From the NCBI GenBank assembly GCA_035529635.1, contig DATKWJ010000022.1, forward strand, positions 1,362-65,361: 64,000 nt of DNA. Reading direction: 5' to 3'. This document shows positions 26,737 to 34,485 of the stretch, piece after piece. The notes under the pieces were generated by a model, which was not told the DNA's origin, did not search any database, and saw only the letters and a program-made list of their open reading frames with translations. Each line of letters opens with the position of its first letter. The stretch's first letter is position 1. The position numbers were made by a program, and so were the translations under genes. This stretch comes from Patescibacteria group bacterium. GTDB taxonomy: Bacteria; Patescibacteriota; Minisyncoccia; Minisyncoccales; RBG-13-42-11.

Positions 26737-27357
26737 TTATTTCCACTCTATTAAAAATTCATGGTAAGCGTCGCCCCTGTTGGAACATTTGGTTTCTTTT
26801 ATAACGGTTTTTCCGCTTTTGACGACATATTGAACGATTCTTAAAAAATAGCCGCGGTAAAAAGTACAGATGGTCGGAGGGCAGTCGTGCTTCAGACGAA
26901 GTATCATGTATTTTTCCCTTTCATTAAGTTTGTAAGATTCCAGTTTTCCCACGTTATAATGCTTTTCCCAAGTCAGTGAACTTTCTTGGAACATTTTCTT
27001 CATAGAAACTAAATATTTCATTATCATTTTGATAACGAAAGAATATTTGGGAGCGTTGTTGCCCATTTCAAAAATATCTTTGTCTTGCCAGCCGAAGATT
27101 TCTTTGGCCGCCAAAACGACCAAATACGAAAAACTAAGAGGCACTGTTTCCATGGCTTTAATTTCGTTGAAATCGATGTTGTAGCCCAATTCTCTCAATC
27201 TTGCCTGTACCTTTTTTACTCCTTCTTCTCCTTTTTTATCCCGAATAAAATGGAGATGGCTCAATACCGCCGCACCGATACCGTTACCTTTGATCCGCTT
27301 GGTTCTCTCTATCTCTTTTTCCAATGAAATGTCTTTTGTCTTATTTTCTATTTCCAT
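26737..27357 (-). CDS. V4R/DUF2378-like putative ligand-binding protein, paralog B
   Basis: 206 aa and soluble. Clearly paralogous to 27348-27932, sharing KKGEEG.KKV, FGWQ, APxxSF(V/I)(I/V)K, W.KHY.VG.L and the C-terminal E(T).C....GD.YHE..I.WK. The family assignment is from memory of V4R/TIGR02265 C-terminal motifs. Confidence 0.45.
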   Translation of the reverse strand: MEIENKTKDISLEKEIERTKRIKGNGIGAAVLSHLHFIRDKKGEEGVKKVQARLRELGYNIDFNEIKAMETVPLSFSYLVVLAAKEIFGWQDKDIFEMGNNAPKYSFVIKMIMKYLVSMKKMFQESSLTWEKHYNVGKLESYKLNEREKYMILRLKHDCPPTICTFYRGYFLRIVQYVVKSGKTVIKETKCSNRGDAYHEFLIEWK

Positions 27358-27932
27358 TTTATGACGTACTCGTGATAAGAATCGCCTTTAAAGGAACATC
27401 TGGTTTCTTCGATGCCAATTATTTTCTGCTGGGCGCCGAGTTCGGCGATTTTACGGAAATAACCGAGATAATAAAGGCAAAGAATCGGATGGATTTCAAA
27501 ATTTGAGAGATGCAGAACCAAATGTTTCTTTTCTTCGTTGTATTCGGGGACTTTCAGTTCCCCGACATCGTAATGCTTGGTCCAATAGCTGGGGCTCCTT
27601 TCGTATGTTTGTTTGAGAGTCAAAAAATATTTCATCAGCAATTTGACTATGAAGGAATGGGAAGGAGCGGAATAGCCCATATCTTCTATTTCGTTATTCT
27701 GCCAGCCGAACGCTTCTTGGACGGCCAGCAGAGAAACGACTCTCAATCCCACCGGATACCATTCCATATTCCTGATTTTTTTATATTCAATCGGCCGGCC
27801 CCATTCTTTGGTTTTCTCTTCCACCTTTTTCAAACCCTCTTCCCCTTTTTTGCCCAAGATATATTCGGCGTCGGTATTGAAAACCACGCCTCTTACTTGT
27901 CCGGATTTTTTAAATAAATTATCGAGTTCCAT
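27348..27932 (-). CDS. V4R/DUF2378-like putative ligand-binding protein, paralog A
   Basis: 194 aa. Ends ...EETRCSFKGDSYHEYVIKWK. Its stop overlaps the start of paralog B by 10 nt. Confidence 0.45.
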   Translation of the reverse strand: MELDNLFKKSGQVRGVVFNTDAEYILGKKGEEGLKKVEEKTKEWGRPIEYKKIRNMEWYPVGLRVVSLLAVQEAFGWQNNEIEDMGYSAPSHSFIVKLLMKYFLTLKQTYERSPSYWTKHYDVGELKVPEYNEEKKHLVLHLSNFEIHPILCLYYLGYFRKIAELGAQQKIIGIEETRCSFKGDSYHEYVIKWK

Positions 27933-27979
27933 TTTCGCAAATATAATTAAATTATTGGATTAAATTAACGACCTTTAAC

Positions 27980-28633
27980 TCATTGTGACTCTAAAACGTT
28001 CTCGCCGCCGTTCTTGAATTTCTCTATTTCTTTTTTAAGCTCCGCCATTTTCAATTCACGTCCGACAATCAATTTATGCAGTCTTTCCAGTTCGTCAACC
28101 CTGTCTTGGAGCTGTTTCGTCCTTTCCCCGACTCTCTCTTCCAAATTCACGTTCAATTCCTTCAATTCCCTGGTTCTAGCAGCCACTTTTATTTCCAAAC
28201 TCTGTTTTTCTTCCTCAATCAAAGAATAACTTTCTTCCAAATCAGCCGCCATCTTATTAAAAGAATCGGCTAGAATTTCAAACTCATCACTGGTCTTGAT
28301 GTCAATCCTGACGGCCAAGTTGCCGTTTCCCAATTCCCTCGTTCCTATGATTAACTTCTTAATGGGATAAGTTATTTTCTGACTGAGTAAAACGCTGAAG
28401 AAGATGATAAAAGTGACAATCAACAAAAAAATCAGGAAAGTTTGATTTTTTACGTTTTGATAACTGAGATTCGTCTCGGAAATTAATTCCGGATTTTCAG
28501 CTTCAAGATAGGGAGTATATTTTTCAATCAGTCCTTGGTAGCTGTCTATGGTTAAAAAAGTAAAAACGGTTATAGGAAATAAACCGATTACCAGTAAAAT
28601 AAGAACGATTTTGTTCAGAATGCCTATTCTCAT
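27980..28633 (-). CDS. membrane HAMP + coiled-coil protein without output domain
   Basis: 217 aa with TM1, a roughly 35-aa loop, TM2 and HAMP (PIKKLIIGTRELGNGNLAVRIDIKTSDEFEILADSFNKMAADL). It then has only the coiled coil EIKVAARTRELKELNVNLEERVGERTKQL...VGRELKMAELKKEIEKF. Confidence 0.7.
   Translation of the reverse strand: MRIGILNKIVLILLVIGLFPITVFTFLTIDSYQGLIEKYTPYLEAENPELISETNLSYQNVKNQTFLIFLLIVTFIIFFSVLLSQKITYPIKKLIIGTRELGNGNLAVRIDIKTSDEFEILADSFNKMAADLEESYSLIEEEKQSLEIKVAARTRELKELNVNLEERVGERTKQLQDRVDELERLHKLIVGRELKMAELKKEIEKFKNGGENVLESQ
28085..28199 (-). repeat. dispersed repeat copy 1 (coiled-coil-coding segment shared by two HAMP genes)
   Basis: By manual alignment with 29444-29558 I count 9 mismatches over 115 nt. 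The 3' 88 nt (plus-strand sense) have only 3 mismatches. Confidence 0.8.
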
Positions 28634-28634
28634 T

Positions 28635-29342
28635 TTAAGATTCCTGCTTTAAAAAAGAATTTTCCAAAGATTCTCCGCTATAACAAAGATAAGCTATAAG
28701 CACGGCGAACATTTCAATTATCCTGATCAAAAACAATTGAAGGCCGCCGTAGTGAATCGCCCATTCGTCGAAAAAAGCGGCGGAGATATATAAAAAAACG
28801 GAAAAACTGGCGAAGAATCGTCCGATATCCGTTATTTTTTTGTTTTTAATCCAAAAAATTATTCTTTTTGACAGGTCATAAACCATCAAACCTATAATTA
28901 TGAAAATAATGGCGAAAAAATTATACTTCATCAGCTGAGGAGGAACAAAAGCTACACCCCAATCGGTTATTATTGGCTCCGGCATAGGATAAATAATGAG
29001 TAAAAATATGTAAAAAATGCCTAAAAAAGCTATGCTGAAAATTGTCCATTTGCTTATTTTTTTATTTGGCCAGATTTTATGGGAAAAGTGGTAAACTACG
29101 GCAAAAAAAGTAGTAGTAATAAATATCTGACCACCCTTAATGGGAAATTTATTTATAATCGGCAGAGATAAAGTATAAACTACGATACAAAACCAGAAAA
29201 AAGACGTAGAAAGCCAAATAAGAGCAAAAGAAATTGCTTCTTTATTTTTTCTCTTTTTCCAGAGAATATACAGACTGGTATAAAGAGAAACCAAAACAAT
29301 CATTGAAGAACAGAAAATATTATAATAAACGGGTTTAATCAT
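28635..29342 (-). CDS. stand-alone 7-TM membrane protein (possible 7TM sensor module)
   Basis: 235 aa. I count seven hydrophobic helices separated by short loops and see no soluble domain. It has an ATGA overlap with the upstream sensor gene. Confidence 0.55.
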   Translation of the reverse strand: MIKPVYYNIFCSSMIVLVSLYTSLYILWKKRKNKEAISFALIWLSTSFFWFCIVVYTLSLPIINKFPIKGGQIFITTTFFAVVYHFSHKIWPNKKISKWTIFSIAFLGIFYIFLLIIYPMPEPIITDWGVAFVPPQLMKYNFFAIIFIIIGLMVYDLSKRIIFWIKNKKITDIGRFFASFSVFLYISAAFFDEWAIHYGGLQLFLIRIIEMFAVLIAYLCYSGESLENSFLKQES

Positions 29343-30313
29343 TTTTCATTTTCCCGCTCTTTCAGCTTTTGTTCCAGTTCTTTAATTTCTTTTTTCAGTT
29401 CCATCATTTTCGTTTCCCGGCCTACGGTCACCCGGTGAAAAGCTTCCAGTTCGTCGACTCTCTCCTTAAGCTGTTTCGTCCTCTCCCCGACTCTCTCTTC
29501 CAAATTCACGTTCAATCCCTTCAATTCCCTGGTTCTGGCAGCCACTTTTATTTCCAAAACGTTTTTTGACTCTTCCAAATGGGATTTGGACGCCTTCAAA
29601 TCTCCAAGCATTTTATTGAAAGTATCGGTCAGTTCGCCGATTTCGTTTTTGGATTTGATGTCAATTTTTACATCCAAATTGTCTCTTCTGATTCCTTCGC
29701 AAGCCAAAGTTATCTTTTTCAGAGGATTGATGATGGCGTTGCGCAATACCAGAAAAATAAAGAAAATGACCAATATCAATATGCTCAAAATCGCCAATTC
29801 GCGAAGGATCATGCCTTGAATTATATTTTCAACATTAGCCAAAGAAAATCCTATCCAAATAGTATTGTTCTGGTAAGCAGGATAGATAATAGTTTTTATT
29901 TTCTCTCCCTCAAAAACTTCATCTTTAACTATTGCTTTTTTGGCAGTAATTGCTTCAATAATATCCGGATCTTCAACGACTCCCGACACTTTTTCCTCTA
30001 GGCTGCTCTGTTGAATAGTTCCGTTCATGTCGACTATTCTGATATAACGGATATCTCTGGTTTTAGCTATTTCCGTGATAAAAACTTCCTGCTTTACTCC
30101 AGAAGTTAAAGCGAAACGAGAAAGGAGAAGTAAAGTCGGCGAGAAAATTATTTCGTTTATACTTGAAGCCAAAGCCACCTTTTCCTCAATAGACGTTTTA
30201 ATCAAACTTTCCCGCTGGTGACTTACGGAAAAATAAATGGAAATGGAAATTCCCACCACCAACACCAAAAATATACCTAAAACAACACTATATAGCGAGT
30301 ATCTTTTTTTCAT
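29339..30313 (-). CDS. membrane sensor: TM - ~140-aa extracytoplasmic domain - TM - HAMP - coiled coil, no output domain
   Basis: 324 aa with HAMP PLKKITLACEGIRRDNLDVKIDIKSKNEIGELTDTFNKMLGDL. The C-terminus EIKVAARTRELKGLNVNLEERVGERTKQL...VGRETKMMELKKEIKEL is nearly identical to that of 27980-28633. Confidence 0.7.
   Translation of the reverse strand: MKKRYSLYSVVLGIFLVLVVGISISIYFSVSHQRESLIKTSIEEKVALASSINEIIFSPTLLLLSRFALTSGVKQEVFITEIAKTRDIRYIRIVDMNGTIQQSSLEEKVSGVVEDPDIIEAITAKKAIVKDEVFEGEKIKTIIYPAYQNNTIWIGFSLANVENIIQGMILRELAILSILILVIFFIFLVLRNAIINPLKKITLACEGIRRDNLDVKIDIKSKNEIGELTDTFNKMLGDLKASKSHLEESKNVLEIKVAARTRELKGLNVNLEERVGERTKQLKERVDELEAFHRVTVGRETKMMELKKEIKELEQKLKERENEK
29444..29558 (-). repeat. 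dispersed repeat copy 2
   Basis: See 28085-28199; both copies are in the same orientation and the same reading frame. Confidence 0.8.
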
Positions 30314-30347
30314 ACTTTTTCCCGGTCGGGATTTAAAAATATCCGAT

Positions 30348-30377
30348 TCAGCCCCCGCTCTTACGGGCGGGGGCTGA
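30348..30377 (-). terminator. GC-rich terminator hairpin downstream of the MBL-fold gene
   Basis: TCAGCCCCCGC-(8 nt)-GCGGGGGCTGA is a perfect 11-bp stem, 9 nt after the stop at 30386. A T-rich tract follows on the minus strand. Confidence 0.65.
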
Positions 30378-30385
30378 AATCTCTT

Positions 30386-31372
30386 TTATTTCAATATATA
30401 CTGGTCGGCTGCAGAAGCGCTTACTCCGGCAGGAGTCGCCACGGAACTGTGTAAGGCATGAACCAAATGGATTTTCATATTCTTTATCCTTTCATATCTC
30501 TTCGGGTCAAAACTGGTTAAACCCCACTCCCTTTCAGTCATAGTACCTCCGGCATTTATGGAAAGAACGGGAGATTCTATATAAGCTGACAGCCAAATTC
30601 CAAATTCATACGGTGCGACTATTATTGGGTCATAAGCTTTACTCCATTTTTGCATATCATCCACGGACATATGGTCGAAATGAGCGTGAGTCAAGAGTAT
30701 CAAATCAACGCGTTCAAACTGAGTCAAATCTCTGTGCTTATCAAGAAGGGAAAGGTTAAATTGCATTGATGGATCAATGAAGAACCTCGCTCCGGTGGGA
30801 CTGACAAAGAACCAGCTGCTTCCGCCGAGGAATAAAACCTTTACTCCCATTATCTCTTTTTCTTCTCCTACTTCAAAGATTAATGGCTGAGCTTTTACAC
30901 TATATTTATCCAAAGCGGCAGAAAACTCGTTTATATCTGCGTTTACCATAGGACAACTGGTTTTGCCGTAATGAATAGGAACCACATAATCAAGCCCTTC
31001 CGGATTTATCACGGAGGCTGCAAAAGCGGCGCTGTCAACACCCATAGTATAAACATCTCCAATAGGCAAGAAAGCAACATCAGCTTTGTAATAATCTCCG
31101 GCCACAAACTTCATATCGTAAGTTAAAGCAGTGTCTCCGGCAAAATAAAATTTAGCCCCGTTTTCGAATTCAATTACATAACCAACCGGATTCCCCGTAT
31201 AAATATAAGGGGTCGATTTGTTGTTTAAGACTTGTATCTCATTACCTATTCTTTGAATCATTTCTTGGAAAGATATCCCCAATTTTTGGGGGCCGCTAAC
31301 AGCTAAATATAAAGCTACTACCGAAATCACCAAGACTACAGTCATTCCTATGGCGTAAATTTTTTTATCCAT
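30386..31372 (-). CDS. membrane-anchored MBL-fold (UPF0173-like) hydrolase with permuted domain order
   Basis: 328 aa with an N-terminal TM anchor. The first half, GYVIEFENGAKFYFAGDTALTYDMKF...LPIGDVYTMG...PIHYG, resembles the C-terminal half of UPF0173 proteins. The second half, KVLFLGGSSWFF...FFIDP...DLILLTHAHFDHMS...IHLVHALHSS, resembles the N-terminal half. Confidence 0.7.
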   Translation of the reverse strand: MDKKIYAIGMTVVLVISVVALYLAVSGPQKLGISFQEMIQRIGNEIQVLNNKSTPYIYTGNPVGYVIEFENGAKFYFAGDTALTYDMKFVAGDYYKADVAFLPIGDVYTMGVDSAAFAASVINPEGLDYVVPIHYGKTSCPMVNADINEFSAALDKYSVKAQPLIFEVGEEKEIMGVKVLFLGGSSWFFVSPTGARFFIDPSMQFNLSLLDKHRDLTQFERVDLILLTHAHFDHMSVDDMQKWSKAYDPIIVAPYEFGIWLSAYIESPVLSINAGGTMTEREWGLTSFDPKRYERIKNMKIHLVHALHSSVATPAGVSASAADQYILK

Positions 31373-31424
31373 AATAATTTTTTTGAATTAATTATTGATG
31401 TTCGACCTTTATTCTTTTTTTATT

Positions 31425-32432
31425 TTACCACAACTTCATTTTTTTTTGTATTGTTTTTTGTCCAGTATCCGCTTTTTCTTCTTGGCCGAGCCGTCCATTC
31501 TTTAATAATCTTGAAGCCAAGCTGTTGAATCCCCATTTTTTGAAAATTTCCAAAACTTCTTTTTCGTCGTATTCCAGCCAGCAATATTCGTCAAAATCAA
31601 AATCAACTTCAACGTCTTTTCTGATAACGGCCAGCCGCCTGCTTAGAAAGGCCTGTTCTTTGCCTTGCCGGAGAGTTTCTTTCAATTTTGGCCGGAGATT
31701 TTCCGTTTCCTCGGAATTTTCCTCTACCTCCCGAGAAAGAGAAGAAGATTTATCTTCTTCGATTTCTTTATATATGTTTTCCAAATTGCCGAATCGCCGG
31801 AGAAGTTCGAGGGCGGTTTTCCCGCCAATTCCCCTGACTCCGGGAATATTATCGGAAGGGTCTCCCCTCAGCGCCTTGAAATCCAAAATCTGTTCGGGAA
31901 CCAGGCCTTGGAATTTTTCTTCAGTCAGCTTTTCATCGTATAGAACAATGTCTTTCACTCCTTTTTTTAAAAAATAAACTTTCGTCCGAGAATCAACCAG
32001 TTGGAAAACATCCGAATCACCACTCAAAATAATCGTTTCAATCCGCCCCGACGAAATTCCGGCTTTTCCGGCAATCGTTCCGATAATGTCGTCTGCTTCG
32101 AATCCTTGTTTCTCAAAAACCGGCACTTTAAAGGCTTTTAAAATTTCTTTCACTTTGGGAATTTGTTCGGATAAGTCCTCCGGCGTTTTAGGCCTTTTGG
32201 CTTTATATTCTTTATATTCCTTATGTCTGAAAGTCAAAGCCGGAAAATCAAAAGCGGCCGCGATAAAATCCGGCCGGAAATCTTTTATGGCTTTTAAAAA
32301 AACCAGTAAAAACCCGTAAACGGCATTGACCAATTCCCCTTTATTTGTCGACAGGGGAGGCAAAGCGTGAAAAGCCCGATGAATTATCGAATTACTGTCG
32401 ATAATAAGCAAAATTTTTTTCTTATTTTCCAT
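31425..32432 (-). CDS. 5'-3' exonuclease (stand-alone Pol I N-terminal / FEN-like domain)
   Basis: 335 aa with LLIIDSNSIIHRAFHAL, EADDIIGT, SGDSDVFQL and H3TH GIGGKTALELLRRFG. There is no polymerase domain. Confidence 0.85.
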   Translation of the reverse strand: MENKKKILLIIDSNSIIHRAFHALPPLSTNKGELVNAVYGFLLVFLKAIKDFRPDFIAAAFDFPALTFRHKEYKEYKAKRPKTPEDLSEQIPKVKEILKAFKVPVFEKQGFEADDIIGTIAGKAGISSGRIETIILSGDSDVFQLVDSRTKVYFLKKGVKDIVLYDEKLTEEKFQGLVPEQILDFKALRGDPSDNIPGVRGIGGKTALELLRRFGNLENIYKEIEEDKSSSLSREVEENSEETENLRPKLKETLRQGKEQAFLSRRLAVIRKDVEVDFDFDEYCWLEYDEKEVLEIFKKWGFNSLASRLLKNGRLGQEEKADTGQKTIQKKMKLW

Positions 32433-32532
32433 TTTATCAATTTTACGCCCCTATTACATAAAATACAAACTTCGTCCACCGAATAAGGCGAAGCCGAGCG
32501 AAGATCGAAAAGAGATTTATCTCTTTGACTCT

Positions 32533-33066
32533 TTAAAAATCGGCGATAATTTTCCTTGTTTTTTCATTAATGAACTCAAACTTCAATATCGCGGCATCAT
32601 CAGGCAATATTTTCTTAATTTTGTCCGCCCATTCGACGGCCACGATATTCCGGTTCGACGAAATGATTTCTTTAAAGCCCAAATCCGAAATCTCGGCCGC
32701 TTTTTTCGTCCGGTAGCAGTCGATATGGCAGAAAATTTTGAAATTCGGATTCTTTATCCCGAATTTCTTCATAATAACGAAAGTCGGGCTGGTTATTTTT
32801 TCCTTGATTCCCAGACCTTTGGCAAAACCCTGTAAAAAAGTGGTTTTACCCCCTCCCAAATCGCCCAACAAACCGATAACAAAAGCTTGTCCCGTTGGCC
32901 CCCTCTTCTGAAGTAGGGGGCCCTTTGGGGCTCTTTTTTTAAGTTGAGTTCTTAAAATATCTTTGGCTAAAATCTCTCCCAATTTTTTAGTTTGGGAAGG
33001 GCTGGTAGTGAAATATTCTTTTTTCATTAAATTTCTAACGGTGGCGATGAAATTTGCCTTTTTCAA
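32533..33066 (-). CDS. tsaE: tRNA t6A37 biosynthesis ATPase TsaE
   Basis: 177 aa with GDLGGGKTTFLQGFAKGLGI..SPTF and HIDCYR. It carries about 20 extra residues (TQLKKRAPKGPLLQKRGPTGQ) before the P-loop. Confidence 0.8.
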   Translation of the reverse strand: MKKANFIATVRNLMKKEYFTTSPSQTKKLGEILAKDILRTQLKKRAPKGPLLQKRGPTGQAFVIGLLGDLGGGKTTFLQGFAKGLGIKEKITSPTFVIMKKFGIKNPNFKIFCHIDCYRTKKAAEISDLGFKEIISSNRNIVAVEWADKIKKILPDDAAILKFEFINEKTRKIIADF

Positions 33067-33168
33067 AGTTTGCCTTCATTTTTACCTTCACTGCGGCTCG
33101 GGTGTTTGACTTTTTGAGTAAAAATGATAAATTGAAACAAACGAATGCTTTTTTAATTTTAACTTTTT

Positions 33169-34479
33169 ATGGCGGAAATTTCAAAAAAAATCGTCGGCCA
33201 AATAACCATACCTCAGGAAAAATTCGATCTCTTCCAGAAAAAGATAAAAAACATTTTCGATTTAAAAAAAGAAATTCAAAAAGCATTGGATAAAAGCGCC
33301 ACCGAGATTTTGGAAATAATTGTCGGCGGAGCGATTACTCTGGATGCTTCCGACATCCATATCGAACCGGAAGAGAAAATAACCAGGCTACGGCTGAGAA
33401 TCGACGGGATTCTGTTGGATGTCATCACTTACCAGCAAAAAACATACGGAACTCTGCTTTCCAGAATCAAGCTCCTTTCCGGACTTAAATTAAACGTTGC
33501 TGACCGGCCCCAAGATGGCCGTTTTTCCGTTTTAATAGACAGTTCACCAATTGAAATCAGGACTTCCGCTTTGCCGGCAGAGTACGGAGAAGCGATCGTC
33601 CTAAGGCTTTTGAATCCTAAAAATTTAATTGAGATCAAGGATTTGGGCTTGAGGTCCGATTTGCTCGGTATTTTTGAAAAAGAAATCAAAAGACCGAATG
33701 GCATGATTATCGTCACCGGACCCACTGGTTCGGGAAAAACCACCACCCTTTACGCCATCTTGAAAAAAATCAACAAGCCGGAAATAAAAATCATCACCAT
33801 CGAAGACCCGGTGGAATACCATCTTCAGGGCCTTTCCCAGACCCAAGTTGACCCGAAAAAAGATTACACTTTCGCCAGCGGACTTAGATCGATTATGCGT
33901 CAGGACCCAGATGTAATTTTAATAGGTGAAATTAGGGATTTGGAAACAGCTGAAATCGCCTGCCAGGCGGCCTTGACCGGCCATTTGGTTTTTTCGACCC
34001 TGCACACCAACGATGCGGCCGGCGCCGTAGCCAGATTGATTGATCTGGGCATCCGCCCCATTACCATTGCTCCGGCCATCAATATAGTCATTGCCCAGCG
34101 TTTGCCGAGAAAGATTTGCAAAGAATGCGTCAAATTCGTTCAGGCGCCGGCGCCGGAACTGGCAAAAATCAGAGAAGGTTTAAAAGGAGTGCCAAAAGAA
34201 ATCCTGCCTTCTTCTCTCTCCGACCCGAAATTGAAAATTCCCCAAGCTGTCGGCTGTAAAAACTGCAACTCTACCGGTTACCGCGGCAGAATTGGCATTT
34301 ATGAAACATTCTTGATCGACGATAAAATGGAAAAATTCATTTTAACCTCGCCTTCCATTGTGGATATAAGGGAATCGGCCATAAAAAACGGCATGGTTTT
34401 AATGCATCAAGACGGCTTGATCAAGGTTTTGGAAGGCGTTACCACCATAGAAGAAATCGAAAGAGCGACCGGAGAATAA
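33169..34479 (+). CDS. GspE/PilB-family type II/IV secretion (pilus assembly) ATPase
   Basis: 436 aa with Walker A GPTGSGKTTT, Asp box, Walker B VILIGEIRD and His box VFSTLHTND, plus the tetracysteine CKEC...CKNC. Confidence 0.85.
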   Translation: MAEISKKIVGQITIPQEKFDLFQKKIKNIFDLKKEIQKALDKSATEILEIIVGGAITLDASDIHIEPEEKITRLRLRIDGILLDVITYQQKTYGTLLSRIKLLSGLKLNVADRPQDGRFSVLIDSSPIEIRTSALPAEYGEAIVLRLLNPKNLIEIKDLGLRSDLLGIFEKEIKRPNGMIIVTGPTGSGKTTTLYAILKKINKPEIKIITIEDPVEYHLQGLSQTQVDPKKDYTFASGLRSIMRQDPDVILIGEIRDLETAEIACQAALTGHLVFSTLHTNDAAGAVARLIDLGIRPITIAPAINIVIAQRLPRKICKECVKFVQAPAPELAKIREGLKGVPKEILPSSLSDPKLKIPQAVGCKNCNSTGYRGRIGIYETFLIDDKMEKFILTSPSIVDIRESAIKNGMVLMHQDGLIKVLEGVTTIEEIERATGE

Positions 34480-34485
34480 AAAACA

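Noticed and set aside
28635-29342. The possibility that the 7-TM protein is a microbial rhodopsin or heliorhodopsin.
   Set aside because: Helix 7 has no Lys to form a retinal Schiff base, and no rhodopsin-like helix-3 motif is recognisable.
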